The notes under the pieces are model-generated. The model saw nothing but the letters and a program-made list of their open reading frames with translations, was not told the DNA's origin and did no database searches. Shown in pieces: positions 23,770-32,560 of a DNA stretch of 64,000 nt (position 1 is the first letter of the stretch; each line of letters opens with the position of its first letter). The translations under genes and the position numbers were made by a program. Origin of the DNA: Synechococcus sp. (lineage in GTDB: Bacteria > Cyanobacteriota > Cyanobacteriia > Thermostichales > PCC-7336). The stretch is taken from NCBI GenBank assembly GCA_051439605.1, contig JBFRWN010000044.1, positions 96,249 to 160,248 on the forward strand. The letters run 5' to 3'.

Positions 23770-24999
23770 TTGAACGTCAACACGATACTGCCGGAAAAGG
23801 AAAGTCGAGTGGGTTTAGATTGGCAGCGAGCTAGGCGAGAGACTCCGGGGTGCGATCGTGTGCTGCACTTTAATAATGCAGGGGCAGCCTTGATGCCAGC
23901 CCCCGTGGTAGATGCCACCATTGAGCATCTACGTCTGGAAGCTCAAATCGGTGGCTATGAGGCAGCTGCAATGGCAAGCGATGCCGTGAATCGGGTCTAC
24001 GATGCCACCGCAACCCTCTTGGGATGCACCGCTAGCGAAATCGCCATTGTTGAAAACGCCACTCGCGCTTGGGACATGGCCTTCTACTCCATTCCCTTTC
24101 AACCGGGCGATCGCATCTTGACAGCAGTATCCTCCTACGCCAGCAACTACATTGCCTTTTTACAGATTGCTCAAAAATATGGAGTTGATATTCAAGTCAT
24201 TCCTAACGATGAGGTTGGGCAAATCTCCATTACGGCCCTATCGAAGGCGATCGACGATCGCGCCAAACTCATTGCCCTCACCCACGTCCCCACCAATGGA
24301 GGTCTGGTGAATCCCGCGGCGGCGGTGGGCAAATTGGCTCGTGCCGCTAACGTGCTGTATCTACTAGATGCCTGCCAGTCGGTGGGGCAAATGCCCACTA
24401 ATGTGAAAGAAATCGGCTGCGACTTTCTGTCTGCCACGGGGCGAAAGTACCTTCGCGGTCCCAGGGGAACGGGTTTCCTATATGTGGATCGCAAGCGAAT
24501 CGAGCAGTTTGAGCCTCCGTTCCTAGACATGATGGCGGCGGCGTGGGTGGAAAGGAATCGATACCAAGTCAGATCGGATGCCCGTCGCTTTGAAACCTGG
24601 GAAACCAACTATGCAGGCAAGATCGGACTGGGAGTGGCAATTGACTACGCCCTGCAATGGGGGCTGGAGAATGTCGAGAGTCGCATCCGGCACCTGGCCC
24701 AACGGCTGCGGCAGCAACTGTCCGAGATTCCTGCTGTCACCGTTCACGATTTAGGGCAAATCCAATGCGGCATTGTGACGTTTACGGTGGCCAACCATGC
24801 AGCGACGGCGATCGCCCATCAGTTGCGTGCGGCAGCTATGAATACCTCCGTATCAGTCCTCTCCTCCACCCGCTTGGATATGGAAACCCGCCAACACACC
24901 GAGTTTGTTCGGGCTTCCGTCCACTACTTCAACAGCCATTCTGAAGTCGATAGCTTCTGCGAGCATCTGGAAACCCTGACGTCTACAAGCCACCTTTAG
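23770..24999 (+). CDS. Class V PLP-dependent aminotransferase (cysteine desulfurase/C-S lyase-like)
   Basis: HFNNAGAAL, ENATRAW, LDACQSVGQ, SATGRKYLRGPRGTG (PLP lysine), VRASVHYFN. Confidence 0.9.
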   Translation: MNVNTILPEKESRVGLDWQRARRETPGCDRVLHFNNAGAALMPAPVVDATIEHLRLEAQIGGYEAAAMASDAVNRVYDATATLLGCTASEIAIVENATRAWDMAFYSIPFQPGDRILTAVSSYASNYIAFLQIAQKYGVDIQVIPNDEVGQISITALSKAIDDRAKLIALTHVPTNGGLVNPAAAVGKLARAANVLYLLDACQSVGQMPTNVKEIGCDFLSATGRKYLRGPRGTGFLYVDRKRIEQFEPPFLDMMAAAWVERNRYQVRSDARRFETWETNYAGKIGLGVAIDYALQWGLENVESRIRHLAQRLRQQLSEIPAVTVHDLGQIQCGIVTFTVANHAATAIAHQLRAAAMNTSVSVLSSTRLDMETRQHTEFVRASVHYFNSHSEVDSFCEHLETLTSTSHL

Positions 25000-25185
25000 G
25001 TATACGGACCTGTGAAAATTGCCCTCTCTCTTCATCGCGCTCTCTATCTAGCCACATTGAACTATCTGTAGTGCATTAAGTTCATACTAAAAAATATTTC
25101 CCACCACATATGGTGTAAAGGAGCTATTATTGGCATCAAGTGCTCCCGAACGCACTGTTTTGCCAATTGATTGTTGAAGCAACTT

Positions 25186-26475
25186 ATGGCACCAAACGAC
25201 CCCAACCTAGAGGCCCTCAAGACTCGCGTCCATCAGCAGGCGCAGGCATTAGCGGAGTCAGAGTCGCTTGCCATGCAAAACATGCAATATGCAGCCGAGT
25301 TGGAACAACAACTCAATAGTTGCCAAGCTATGTTAAACACCCAAGACGTAACTGATGACAACATCAGCCTTTTGCAAACCCAGCTAACCGCCAGCAAACA
25401 GCAGTTGGAGCACCTCCAAGCTGATGTTGAGCGGGTGGTAGGGGAGCGAGATCGTCTAAGGCAAGACTTTGATACCGCACAACAGCGGTGCCAGCAACTG
25501 GAGCAATCGGCGAATAAAATTGCCAAACTCCAAAGCATTGCCGCCACCTTGAAGGTGGAACGGGACGAGCTAGCCCAGAAGCTTGAACAGGCTAAAACTG
25601 CGGTTGCGAACGTGCACTCAACAGAGCGCACGCTACAGCAAGTTCAGCAAAGCCAAGCAGAGCTAAAAGATCGAACACAACAGGTCACCCACGAGCGAGA
25701 TACCATGGCCAAACAGCTAGAGGAACTACAAGCTCAACTTGAGGGGGGAGAGTCAGAGCAGTTGAAGGCTGCTCAAAGGCGGCAAGAGGTCGCCGAGGCC
25801 CATCACTACGTTCTCAAACGTCAGTACGAATCATTGCAAGAGCGGGTCAAAGAGCTGGAGAAGGAATGCGCCCAAGCCCATGCCCAGGCTCAAGAGTGCG
25901 ATCGTGAAATGGCTCAGATCGAGCGCGCCAAAATCGAACTATTGGATCGATGCGATCGCCTTGAGGCGAACAATCAAACTCTACAGGCGAACAATCAAAC
26001 TCTGCAGACTCAGCTCGACAGCCTCCATCAAGAAACAAGTCCTACACACACAACCCCAGAGCCCCTCTCAGTCGATTTTGTGCAACTGGAAAATGCCAAA
26101 CAAGTTCTGCAGCAGGAACTGGTGGCACTGAGAGCCGAGAACCAAGCCCTGCAAGCCCAATTAGACGAACATCGCGATCGGGGAAGCGAGGAGAAAAAGG
26201 AGGCGACAACTGACGAACCCACAGATAAATCGTTCGTGCAATCTGTACGGGAAGCCACGGCTAGCTGCGACGTTCCTCCTAGCCCTAGCATCTATGATGC
26301 TAAGTTACCCTCCATTCCTCCACTGGAGATAATGGATCGCACTGTACCCAGTTCCAAGAATTTCGACCGCAGGGTGTTTAACCTAGCAGCTGCTTCAGCA
26401 GAATCAGTCACCCCCAACAATACTATTGTTCGGCCCAAAGTCGTAGAACTGCCCGCATTCGTGCGGAGACGGTAG
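25186..26475 (+). CDS. Long coiled-coil hypothetical protein
   Basis: Q/E/L-rich heptad sequence and C-terminal VELPAFVRR motif. Confidence 0.75.
   Translation: MAPNDPNLEALKTRVHQQAQALAESESLAMQNMQYAAELEQQLNSCQAMLNTQDVTDDNISLLQTQLTASKQQLEHLQADVERVVGERDRLRQDFDTAQQRCQQLEQSANKIAKLQSIAATLKVERDELAQKLEQAKTAVANVHSTERTLQQVQQSQAELKDRTQQVTHERDTMAKQLEELQAQLEGGESEQLKAAQRRQEVAEAHHYVLKRQYESLQERVKELEKECAQAHAQAQECDREMAQIERAKIELLDRCDRLEANNQTLQANNQTLQTQLDSLHQETSPTHTTPEPLSVDFVQLENAKQVLQQELVALRAENQALQAQLDEHRDRGSEEKKEATTDEPTDKSFVQSVREATASCDVPPSPSIYDAKLPSIPPLEIMDRTVPSSKNFDRRVFNLAAASAESVTPNNTIVRPKVVELPAFVRRR
25964..26005 (+). repeat. In-frame 21-bp tandem duplication (one heptad)
   Basis: AGGCGAACAATCAAACTCT(A/G)C x2, encoding ANNQTLQ ANNQTLQ. 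Confidence 0.9.
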
Positions 26476-26552
26476 AGAGCAGCGCAGTGGCTAGTTGGAT
26501 CGGCCAGTACGTGCGAACTTTAACTAGCGACGACCCGTTTGTGTTTGCCCTC

Positions 26553-26576
26553 AGATCCCCCGTATTTGGGGGATCT
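26553..26576 (+). terminator. Hairpin after the coiled-coil gene
   Basis: AGATCCCCC-GTATTT-GGGGGATCT followed by TCTCTATTCT. Confidence 0.55.
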
Positions 26577-26684
26577 TCTCTATTCTGAGCTTAGGGCCTA
26601 GTTGCTTGCAGGCTTTTCCAGGTAAGGGCTGAGCAGCATATGCTATCTCTGCTGGTCGTAGAAATTGGTATGTAAGGAGTCTAC

Positions 26685-27983
26685 GTGAAGCGACCGATTG
26701 CAGTCGATCTGTTCGCCGGAGCTGGGGGAATGAGCTTGGGATTCGAGCAAGCTGGGTTTGAGGTCTTGGCAGCGGTGGAAATTGATCCCATCCATTGCGC
26801 CGTGCACGAATTTAATTTCCCTTTTTGGCGGATGTTTTGCCGCAGCGCAGCAGACATTACCGGAAGGGAGATTCGTGAAGATTCCGCCATTGGCGATCGC
26901 TCCATCGATGTTGTGTTTGGTGGTCCACCCTGTCAAGGATGCTCCACCATTGGCAAGCGGGCGTTAAACGATCCCCGCAATGGGTTGATGCTCCACTTCC
27001 TAAGGTTAGTGCTGGAACTTCAACCCCGCTATTTCGTAATGGAAAACGTCAGAGGGCTGACAATCGGTCGCCATCGCCAGCTGCTCAAGGAGCTGATAGC
27101 AAGCTTCGCAGACAGCGGCTATCAGATCGTGCAGCAGTACCAAGTCTTAAATGCAGCCCATTTTGGAGTACCGCAGGATCGACAGCGCTTGTTTCTGATG
27201 GGGGCACGAGCGGGTGAACCTTTGGCCCAATATCCCAATCCCACTGTCCTCCCTGCCCGACCCATCCATAATGCAGGATTTCAGGAGGGAGCGACTTCGG
27301 AAGAGCTACCCAACGGCCCGACGGTGGCGGATGCCATTGCCGATCTCCCCGATATCGAACAATATGACGTACTGTTCCAGCAGGATTGGATGGGGGTGGG
27401 CCTCGCCCCGGAAGCCAGCAACTATGCCAAACTTTTGCGCGGCGATCTCCACTCCCCACAAGATTTCTCTTACCGACGTCAGTCTCCCTACACGGGGTTA
27501 ACTTGCAGCGGTCGCACCCGCCACAGCGTTGCCACCATCGAGCGCTTCCGCCGCACCGAGCCCGGCACGGTAGATCGCGTCAGTCGCTTTCTCAAACTGC
27601 ATCCCGATGGCCTTTGTAATACCTTGCGGGCGGGAACCCCCAGCAGTCGAGGGGCGTTTACATCTCCTCGTCCCATTCATCCATTCACCCCCCGCTGCAT
27701 CACCGTCCGCGAAGCAGCTAGGCTCCATTCATACCCTGATTGGTTCCGCTTCCACTCCACAAAGTGGCATGGCTTTCGCCAAATTGGTAATTCTGTGCCG
27801 CCGCTACTGGCGCGGGCGGTGGCCTCCCAGGTGATACAGGCCTTGAACATCTGCCCTCGGCGACCTCGCAAAATATATCCTTTAGGGGACCCTCAACTGC
27901 TACATCTCAAAATGACTCAAGCATCTGCCCGCTACAACGTCAGCAAACACACCATTGCCCCGCGACAGCGAATTGAAGTCTAA
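26685..27983 (+). CDS. Orphan C5 DNA cytosine methyltransferase, probably the HIP1-core CGATCG type
   Basis: DLFAGAGG (motif I), GGPPCQG (IV), MENV (VI), VPQDRQR (VIII), TVREAARLHSYPD, QIGNSVPP (X). The TLRAGT...FTSPRPIHP region resembles the M.Ssp6803I/DmtC family from memory. No adjacent endonuclease. Confidence 0.9.
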   Translation: MKRPIAVDLFAGAGGMSLGFEQAGFEVLAAVEIDPIHCAVHEFNFPFWRMFCRSAADITGREIREDSAIGDRSIDVVFGGPPCQGCSTIGKRALNDPRNGLMLHFLRLVLELQPRYFVMENVRGLTIGRHRQLLKELIASFADSGYQIVQQYQVLNAAHFGVPQDRQRLFLMGARAGEPLAQYPNPTVLPARPIHNAGFQEGATSEELPNGPTVADAIADLPDIEQYDVLFQQDWMGVGLAPEASNYAKLLRGDLHSPQDFSYRRQSPYTGLTCSGRTRHSVATIERFRRTEPGTVDRVSRFLKLHPDGLCNTLRAGTPSSRGAFTSPRPIHPFTPRCITVREAARLHSYPDWFRFHSTKWHGFRQIGNSVPPLLARAVASQVIQALNICPRRPRKIYPLGDPQLLHLKMTQASARYNVSKHTIAPRQRIEV

Positions 27984-28445
27984 CACTTCTGATCTGGGGC
28001 TCGCTGTCACAAACTCCCAGTCCCGCGTCAGGGGATTGAGGTGGCCTGCAAGGTGAAACGGAGCCAGGGACGGGGGGTGCAGCGCCGCAAGCCTGAACAT
28101 CCCTACACCGCCCTCTCACCCAAATCGGAGGTCCATGCCAACCATTGCGAGGCTCACAACAGCAGTATTTGTCCACGCTGGAGTGCCTATCGACGACGCC
28201 AAAACCACTACGCCAAACATCAGGCAGGGTTGAACCCAGCCATAACGGCCCTTCCCCTCATTCATAACTGGGCGAGAATTCATCCCTCTCTACCCAGAGC
28301 AACCACCCCGGCCATGGCGATCGGCTTCATTGACAAATCACTCAAGCTCTCAGAAATATGCTCCTGTCGAGGATTTCATGACTTACAGTAATTTCTGTCC
28401 AGTGCCCAAGATTATCCGTGATGAGTACTAGAAAGGGGTATTGCC

Positions 28446-29588
28446 ATGACGATTGTGCGATCGACATTGACCTATTACTGGAATGAATGGTTCTGTAAGC
28501 TAACCGGACGATTTCGGGCCCATCCCCCCGATCGGCCGGACTATAACGGCGTCTATATTTCTCATGACTACGACCTAAAAAAGAGGGGGGATTGCGATCG
28601 CGGTTCTTACATCGAGATCTATTCACCCAAGCTAGTGTATTCGGAGAATGATACTCCTCCTCGTGTCGTGATTTATCTACATGGCTTTGATTTGGGGGCA
28701 TCGCAGATTTACCGCAGCCATATTGAACACTTGGTTAAGCAGGGCTTCTATGTCTTTTATCCCAACTTTCAAACGGGATTCTGCAGTTTTCCCGATTCAA
28801 CGAATTCAAGGAATGACTTCTTTGAATCGGTGGAAGAGCTGATTCAATCCACCATTGGAGAGGGGTTAATTGCCCCTCAAGGGGAATGGATGGAGAACGC
28901 CTTGGATAGCGTGGAATCAGCCTATTCTTTGGTGTTTGGGGAATCGAATCCCGTAGACACCTACCTTTTCGGACATTCTCTGGGGGGCTTGTTTGCCCTC
29001 AGTTGGGCCTATTACGTCGATACAGAAAATCGCGATCCAAGATTGCGGCCCAAGCAGGTGGTCGCGGCAGATCCGGTGACGGATACGGAAACGATTAACT
29101 TCCCTGGTAAGCTCGGAAAAATCATCGATAAGTTCACTGATAAGGTGGACATTCGCACCACTGGCAGCCATTTAGACGTGCCGGTGGCGATCGTGCATGG
29201 CAATGACGATGTCATCGTGCCGAAGGCGAAGTGGAATGGTCCATTTGAGGCGATCGCCACCGAACACAAAGCGATGTTTTTGTCGTTTTCGGATGCTTAC
29301 GGCTGTCCGGCAATGTATGCCAACCACGAGCAAGCCACCACCGATACAAGCTTTTTTCCCCGGTTTTTGGCGCTGACGATTTTGGATGGGGTGGGGGCTG
29401 AGAACGATTTGGACTGGCGCTACATTTGGCATGCGTTGGACTATGCCGTGCGTGGAGGCGATACCGTTAAGGTCAATCATGTTTGCTTCGAGATGGGGAA
29501 TTGGTCCGACGGTCACCCGGTGATTCCCATTCAGCGCTATCTCCCCGTGACGACAGAGATTGAACCAGAGAAAAGGATGTTGGGTTAG
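28446..29588 (+). CDS. Alpha/beta hydrolase
   Basis: IYLHGF, FGHSLGG nucleophile elbow, VHGNDD. Confidence 0.8.
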   Translation: MTIVRSTLTYYWNEWFCKLTGRFRAHPPDRPDYNGVYISHDYDLKKRGDCDRGSYIEIYSPKLVYSENDTPPRVVIYLHGFDLGASQIYRSHIEHLVKQGFYVFYPNFQTGFCSFPDSTNSRNDFFESVEELIQSTIGEGLIAPQGEWMENALDSVESAYSLVFGESNPVDTYLFGHSLGGLFALSWAYYVDTENRDPRLRPKQVVAADPVTDTETINFPGKLGKIIDKFTDKVDIRTTGSHLDVPVAIVHGNDDVIVPKAKWNGPFEAIATEHKAMFLSFSDAYGCPAMYANHEQATTDTSFFPRFLALTILDGVGAENDLDWRYIWHALDYAVRGGDTVKVNHVCFEMGNWSDGHPVIPIQRYLPVTTEIEPEKRMLG

Positions 29589-29703
29589 GGAGATTATTTT
29601 AGAAAGGGGGATTGCCTGGAGGATTACTAACTGTATAGAAGGATGCGGAATTTTCAGGAAACCCGTTTAGACTGGTTCCAATTCGGTCAGGCCAGTCCTC
29701 ATC

Positions 29704-30165
29704 ATGCCGCGATACGCCACTGTTGCTGACCATCTCACCCAAGTGGAATTAAAGCGCCGTTACCAAAAGGCCACCGACCCAGTGGAGGGTCGGCGGTATC
29801 ACTTGATGTGGCTGGTTAAGGGGGGACGATCGCTGAAGCAGGCAGCTGAGGTGGTGGGACTAAACTACGACTATGCCAAGGACTTGCTCAAAGCCTATAA
29901 CAGCCAAGGACCCGAGGCGTTGAGCAATGGTCGCAAACGTCCCTATCGCAGGGGACGACCAACATTGCTCAACGACGAGCAGCTGCAGCTGCTTCGATCG
30001 ACCCTCACGCAGCCTCCTAAGGATGGTGGCAATTGGACAGGTCCAAAGGTGGCCAAGTGGATCGAAAAGCTAACGGGAAAAAGGGTGTGGCCTCAGCGGG
30101 GTTGGGAGTACTTGAAACGCTGTGGCTACGAGCTGAAGCGATCTCACGATCGGCAAACGAATTAA
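29704..30165 (+). CDS. HTH plus winged-HTH protein equivalent to the N-terminal half of an IS630-family transposase, without a DDE domain
   Basis: HLTQVELKRRY, AAEVVG...YNSQGPEAL, GRPTLL, PPKDGGNWTGPKVAKWI, QRGWEYLKR; stop directly after, no catalytic ORF follows. Confidence 0.75.
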   Translation: MPRYATVADHLTQVELKRRYQKATDPVEGRRYHLMWLVKGGRSLKQAAEVVGLNYDYAKDLLKAYNSQGPEALSNGRKRPYRRGRPTLLNDEQLQLLRSTLTQPPKDGGNWTGPKVAKWIEKLTGKRVWPQRGWEYLKRCGYELKRSHDRQTN

Positions 30166-30286
30166 CACAATGCCGGACCAACCTTGAACGCTTTGTAGAT
30201 TATTTCTTCAATCTATAAGTTCAGCCAGGGTAACTGACTCTGCATGTAAGAATACTAGGGCCGAGTCGCGACCTGGAGGGGTGACG

Positions 30287-31441
30287 ATGAAAGACAAGCT
30301 CCAACTCATGATTCCCGGGCCTACCCCAGTGCCCGAAAGCGCTTTGCTGGCTTTGGCAAAGCATCCTGAAGGACACCGCAGCCCTAGCTTCTCAGCTGTT
30401 GTTGCAGACGTTTCCGACAAACTACGCTGGCTGCACCAAACCCAAAATGATGTGTTTATTCTCTCCGCTAGCGGCACCGGTGCGATGGAAGCTGGCCTCG
30501 TCAATGTCCTCAGCCCCGGCGATCGCGTTTTGTGCGGCGTTAACGGCAAGTTCGGTCAACGGTGGGCGGATATGGCCGACGTGTTTGGCCTTCAGTGCGA
30601 GCGCATCGAATCCGAATGGGGCATTCCCTACCCTGTTGAAACCTTCGCCGAGAAATTAAGGTCGGATACCGGCAAGACCATCAAGGCCGTCATCCTCACC
30701 CACAGCGAAACCTCCAGTGCCGTCCTGAATGACGTACAGGCCATCGCCGAACTCGTCAAAGAGCACGGTGAAGCGCTCACCATCGTGGATGGCGTCACCA
30801 GCGTCGGAGCCACCAGCGTGCCAATGGACGAATGGGGCCTAGATATCGTCGCCTCCGGTTCCCAAAAGGGCTATATGATTCCCCCCGGTTTGGGCTTTGT
30901 AGCAGTCAGCGAACGGGCCATGTCCGCCGTCGCCACCTCCAAACTGCCGAAGTACTACTGGAGCTTTGCCATGGCTAAAAAGAGCCTCGGCAAAAACACC
31001 ACCCCCTTCACCCCTGCCGTAAACATGATTTACGCGCTGCAAGCCAGCCTCGACATGATGAAAGAGGAAGGGCTGGAGAACATTTTTACCCGCCATCTAA
31101 AACTGCGAGACGCCACCCGTGCCGGAGCCAAAGCCCTCGGTCTGGGCCTGCTGGCGGCTGACGACAGCTCCGCCAGCACCGCCGTCACCGCGATTGTCGC
31201 CCCCGATGGTATCAATGCCGAAGATATCCGTGCCATTATTTCGAAACGATTTGACATCGCCCTCGCCGCAGGTCAAGACTCTTACAAAGGCAAAATCTTC
31301 CGTGTCGGTCACTTGGGCTTCATCTGCGATCGCGACATCTTGACCACTTTTACGGCCATTGAAGCAGCCCTTGCGGAGTTGGGCTATCGCTTCACTCCCG
31401 GTGCCGGAGTAACTGCAGCCTCTAAAGTTCTAGCTGGCTAA
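30287..31441 (+). CDS. Alanine/serine-glyoxylate aminotransferase family (cyanobacterial 'soluble hydrogenase 42 kDa subunit' type)
   Basis: LMIPGPTPVP, SGTGAME, HSETS, VDGVTS, SGSQKGYMIPPG, FRVGHLG. Confidence 0.93.
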   Translation: MKDKLQLMIPGPTPVPESALLALAKHPEGHRSPSFSAVVADVSDKLRWLHQTQNDVFILSASGTGAMEAGLVNVLSPGDRVLCGVNGKFGQRWADMADVFGLQCERIESEWGIPYPVETFAEKLRSDTGKTIKAVILTHSETSSAVLNDVQAIAELVKEHGEALTIVDGVTSVGATSVPMDEWGLDIVASGSQKGYMIPPGLGFVAVSERAMSAVATSKLPKYYWSFAMAKKSLGKNTTPFTPAVNMIYALQASLDMMKEEGLENIFTRHLKLRDATRAGAKALGLGLLAADDSSASTAVTAIVAPDGINAEDIRAIISKRFDIALAAGQDSYKGKIFRVGHLGFICDRDILTTFTAIEAALAELGYRFTPGAGVTAASKVLAG

Positions 31442-31461
31442 CCCCCATTAAACGCATACGC

Positions 31462-31503
31462 TTGCTCGCTGATTCCGCAATGGGGTGTCGGCGAGTGATT
31501 TTT
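31462..31503 (+). terminator. Intrinsic terminator after the aminotransferase gene
   Basis: CTCGCTGA...TCGGCGAG stem followed by TGATTTTT. Confidence 0.6.
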
Positions 31504-31590
31504 ACAGCGACCGTCAAGTCGCTGAGGTCATCTCAGATGCCCAGAACCCAGACTGGGAATAGATCTTGCTGTTCTAGCGGACATAGCAAC
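31503..31590 (+). repeat. Structured dispersed repeat, copy 3
   Basis: TACAGCGACCGTCAAGTCGCTGAGGTCATCTCAG...CTGGGAATAGATCT. Confidence 0.8.
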
Positions 31591-31719
31591 ACCGAATAGG
31601 TGACGAGCGAATCCCCTCAAGCAATTGATAAGACAATGACTTGAAATCCTGAGGGATGCATAAAACCCACGCCATCATGAACCTATTAAGACAGACCGAG
31701 AAATCTCACTGATAAACTC

Positions 31720-32316
31720 ATGATTAAAAACGATCGCTGGATTACCACCCAGTCGATAAAAGGAATGCTCGATCCCTTCGAGCCCCAACTGGTCCGGCAG
31801 GTGGAATCCCCCAACGCTGTCCCCCGCCAAGTCCTCAGCTACGGACTTTCCTCCTACGGCTACGACATTCGCCTGTCCCCTGCCGACTTCCGCATCTTCC
31901 GTCACATCCCAGGCACGGTGGTAGACCCCAAACACTTCAACCCCGACAATCTAGAATCCACCCCACTCCATTCGGACGACAGTGGCGATTTTTTCATCTT
32001 GCCAGCTCACTCCTATGGTTTGGGGGTGGCGATCGAACGGCTGGAAGTGCCCCCCAATATCACCACGATCTCAATTGGAAAGAGTACCTACGCCCGTTGC
32101 GGCATCATCGCCAACCTCACCCCGGCAGAAGCTAGCTGGCGCGGTCACCTCACCCTTGAATTTTCTAATGCCTCCAGTGCCGATTGCCGTATCTATGCCA
32201 ACGAAGGAGTCGTACAACTCTTATTCTTAGAAGGAGAACCCTGCGCCACAACCTACGCCGATCGCGCGGGCAAATATCAAGATCAACCCCAACAGGTGAT
32301 TGTGGCTCGGGTATAA
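31720..32316 (+). CDS. dcd: dCTP deaminase
   Basis: MIKNDRWI, SYGLSSYGYDIRL, GKSTYARCG, TPAEASWRGHLTLE, YANEGVVQ, GKYQDQ. Confidence 0.97.
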   Translation: MIKNDRWITTQSIKGMLDPFEPQLVRQVESPNAVPRQVLSYGLSSYGYDIRLSPADFRIFRHIPGTVVDPKHFNPDNLESTPLHSDDSGDFFILPAHSYGLGVAIERLEVPPNITTISIGKSTYARCGIIANLTPAEASWRGHLTLEFSNASSADCRIYANEGVVQLLFLEGEPCATTYADRAGKYQDQPQQVIVARV

Positions 32317-32560
32317 CGACAGCCGCGCAATCCTGGCAGTCCTCCGATCTGTCACGGAGGATGCACCCACGGAATTCCTTACGATTGCCAGCATGAATCC
32401 GATTTCCATAAAGAATTCGTACCCAAACACTAAACTCCATAGGCACCTATGAATGGATACTTTAGAGTGGGGATGGGAAAATTCCAGTACTCCAGCACAC
32501 GATACTTTGTGTCCGTCCGGATCCCGCCCCGCATATTTCGGAGCATTGCAGCGGTAGGTA

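Noticed and set aside
28098..28270. Short minus-strand ORF of about 55 codons resembling a signal peptide
   Set aside because: No recognisable domain or RBS; could be chance.
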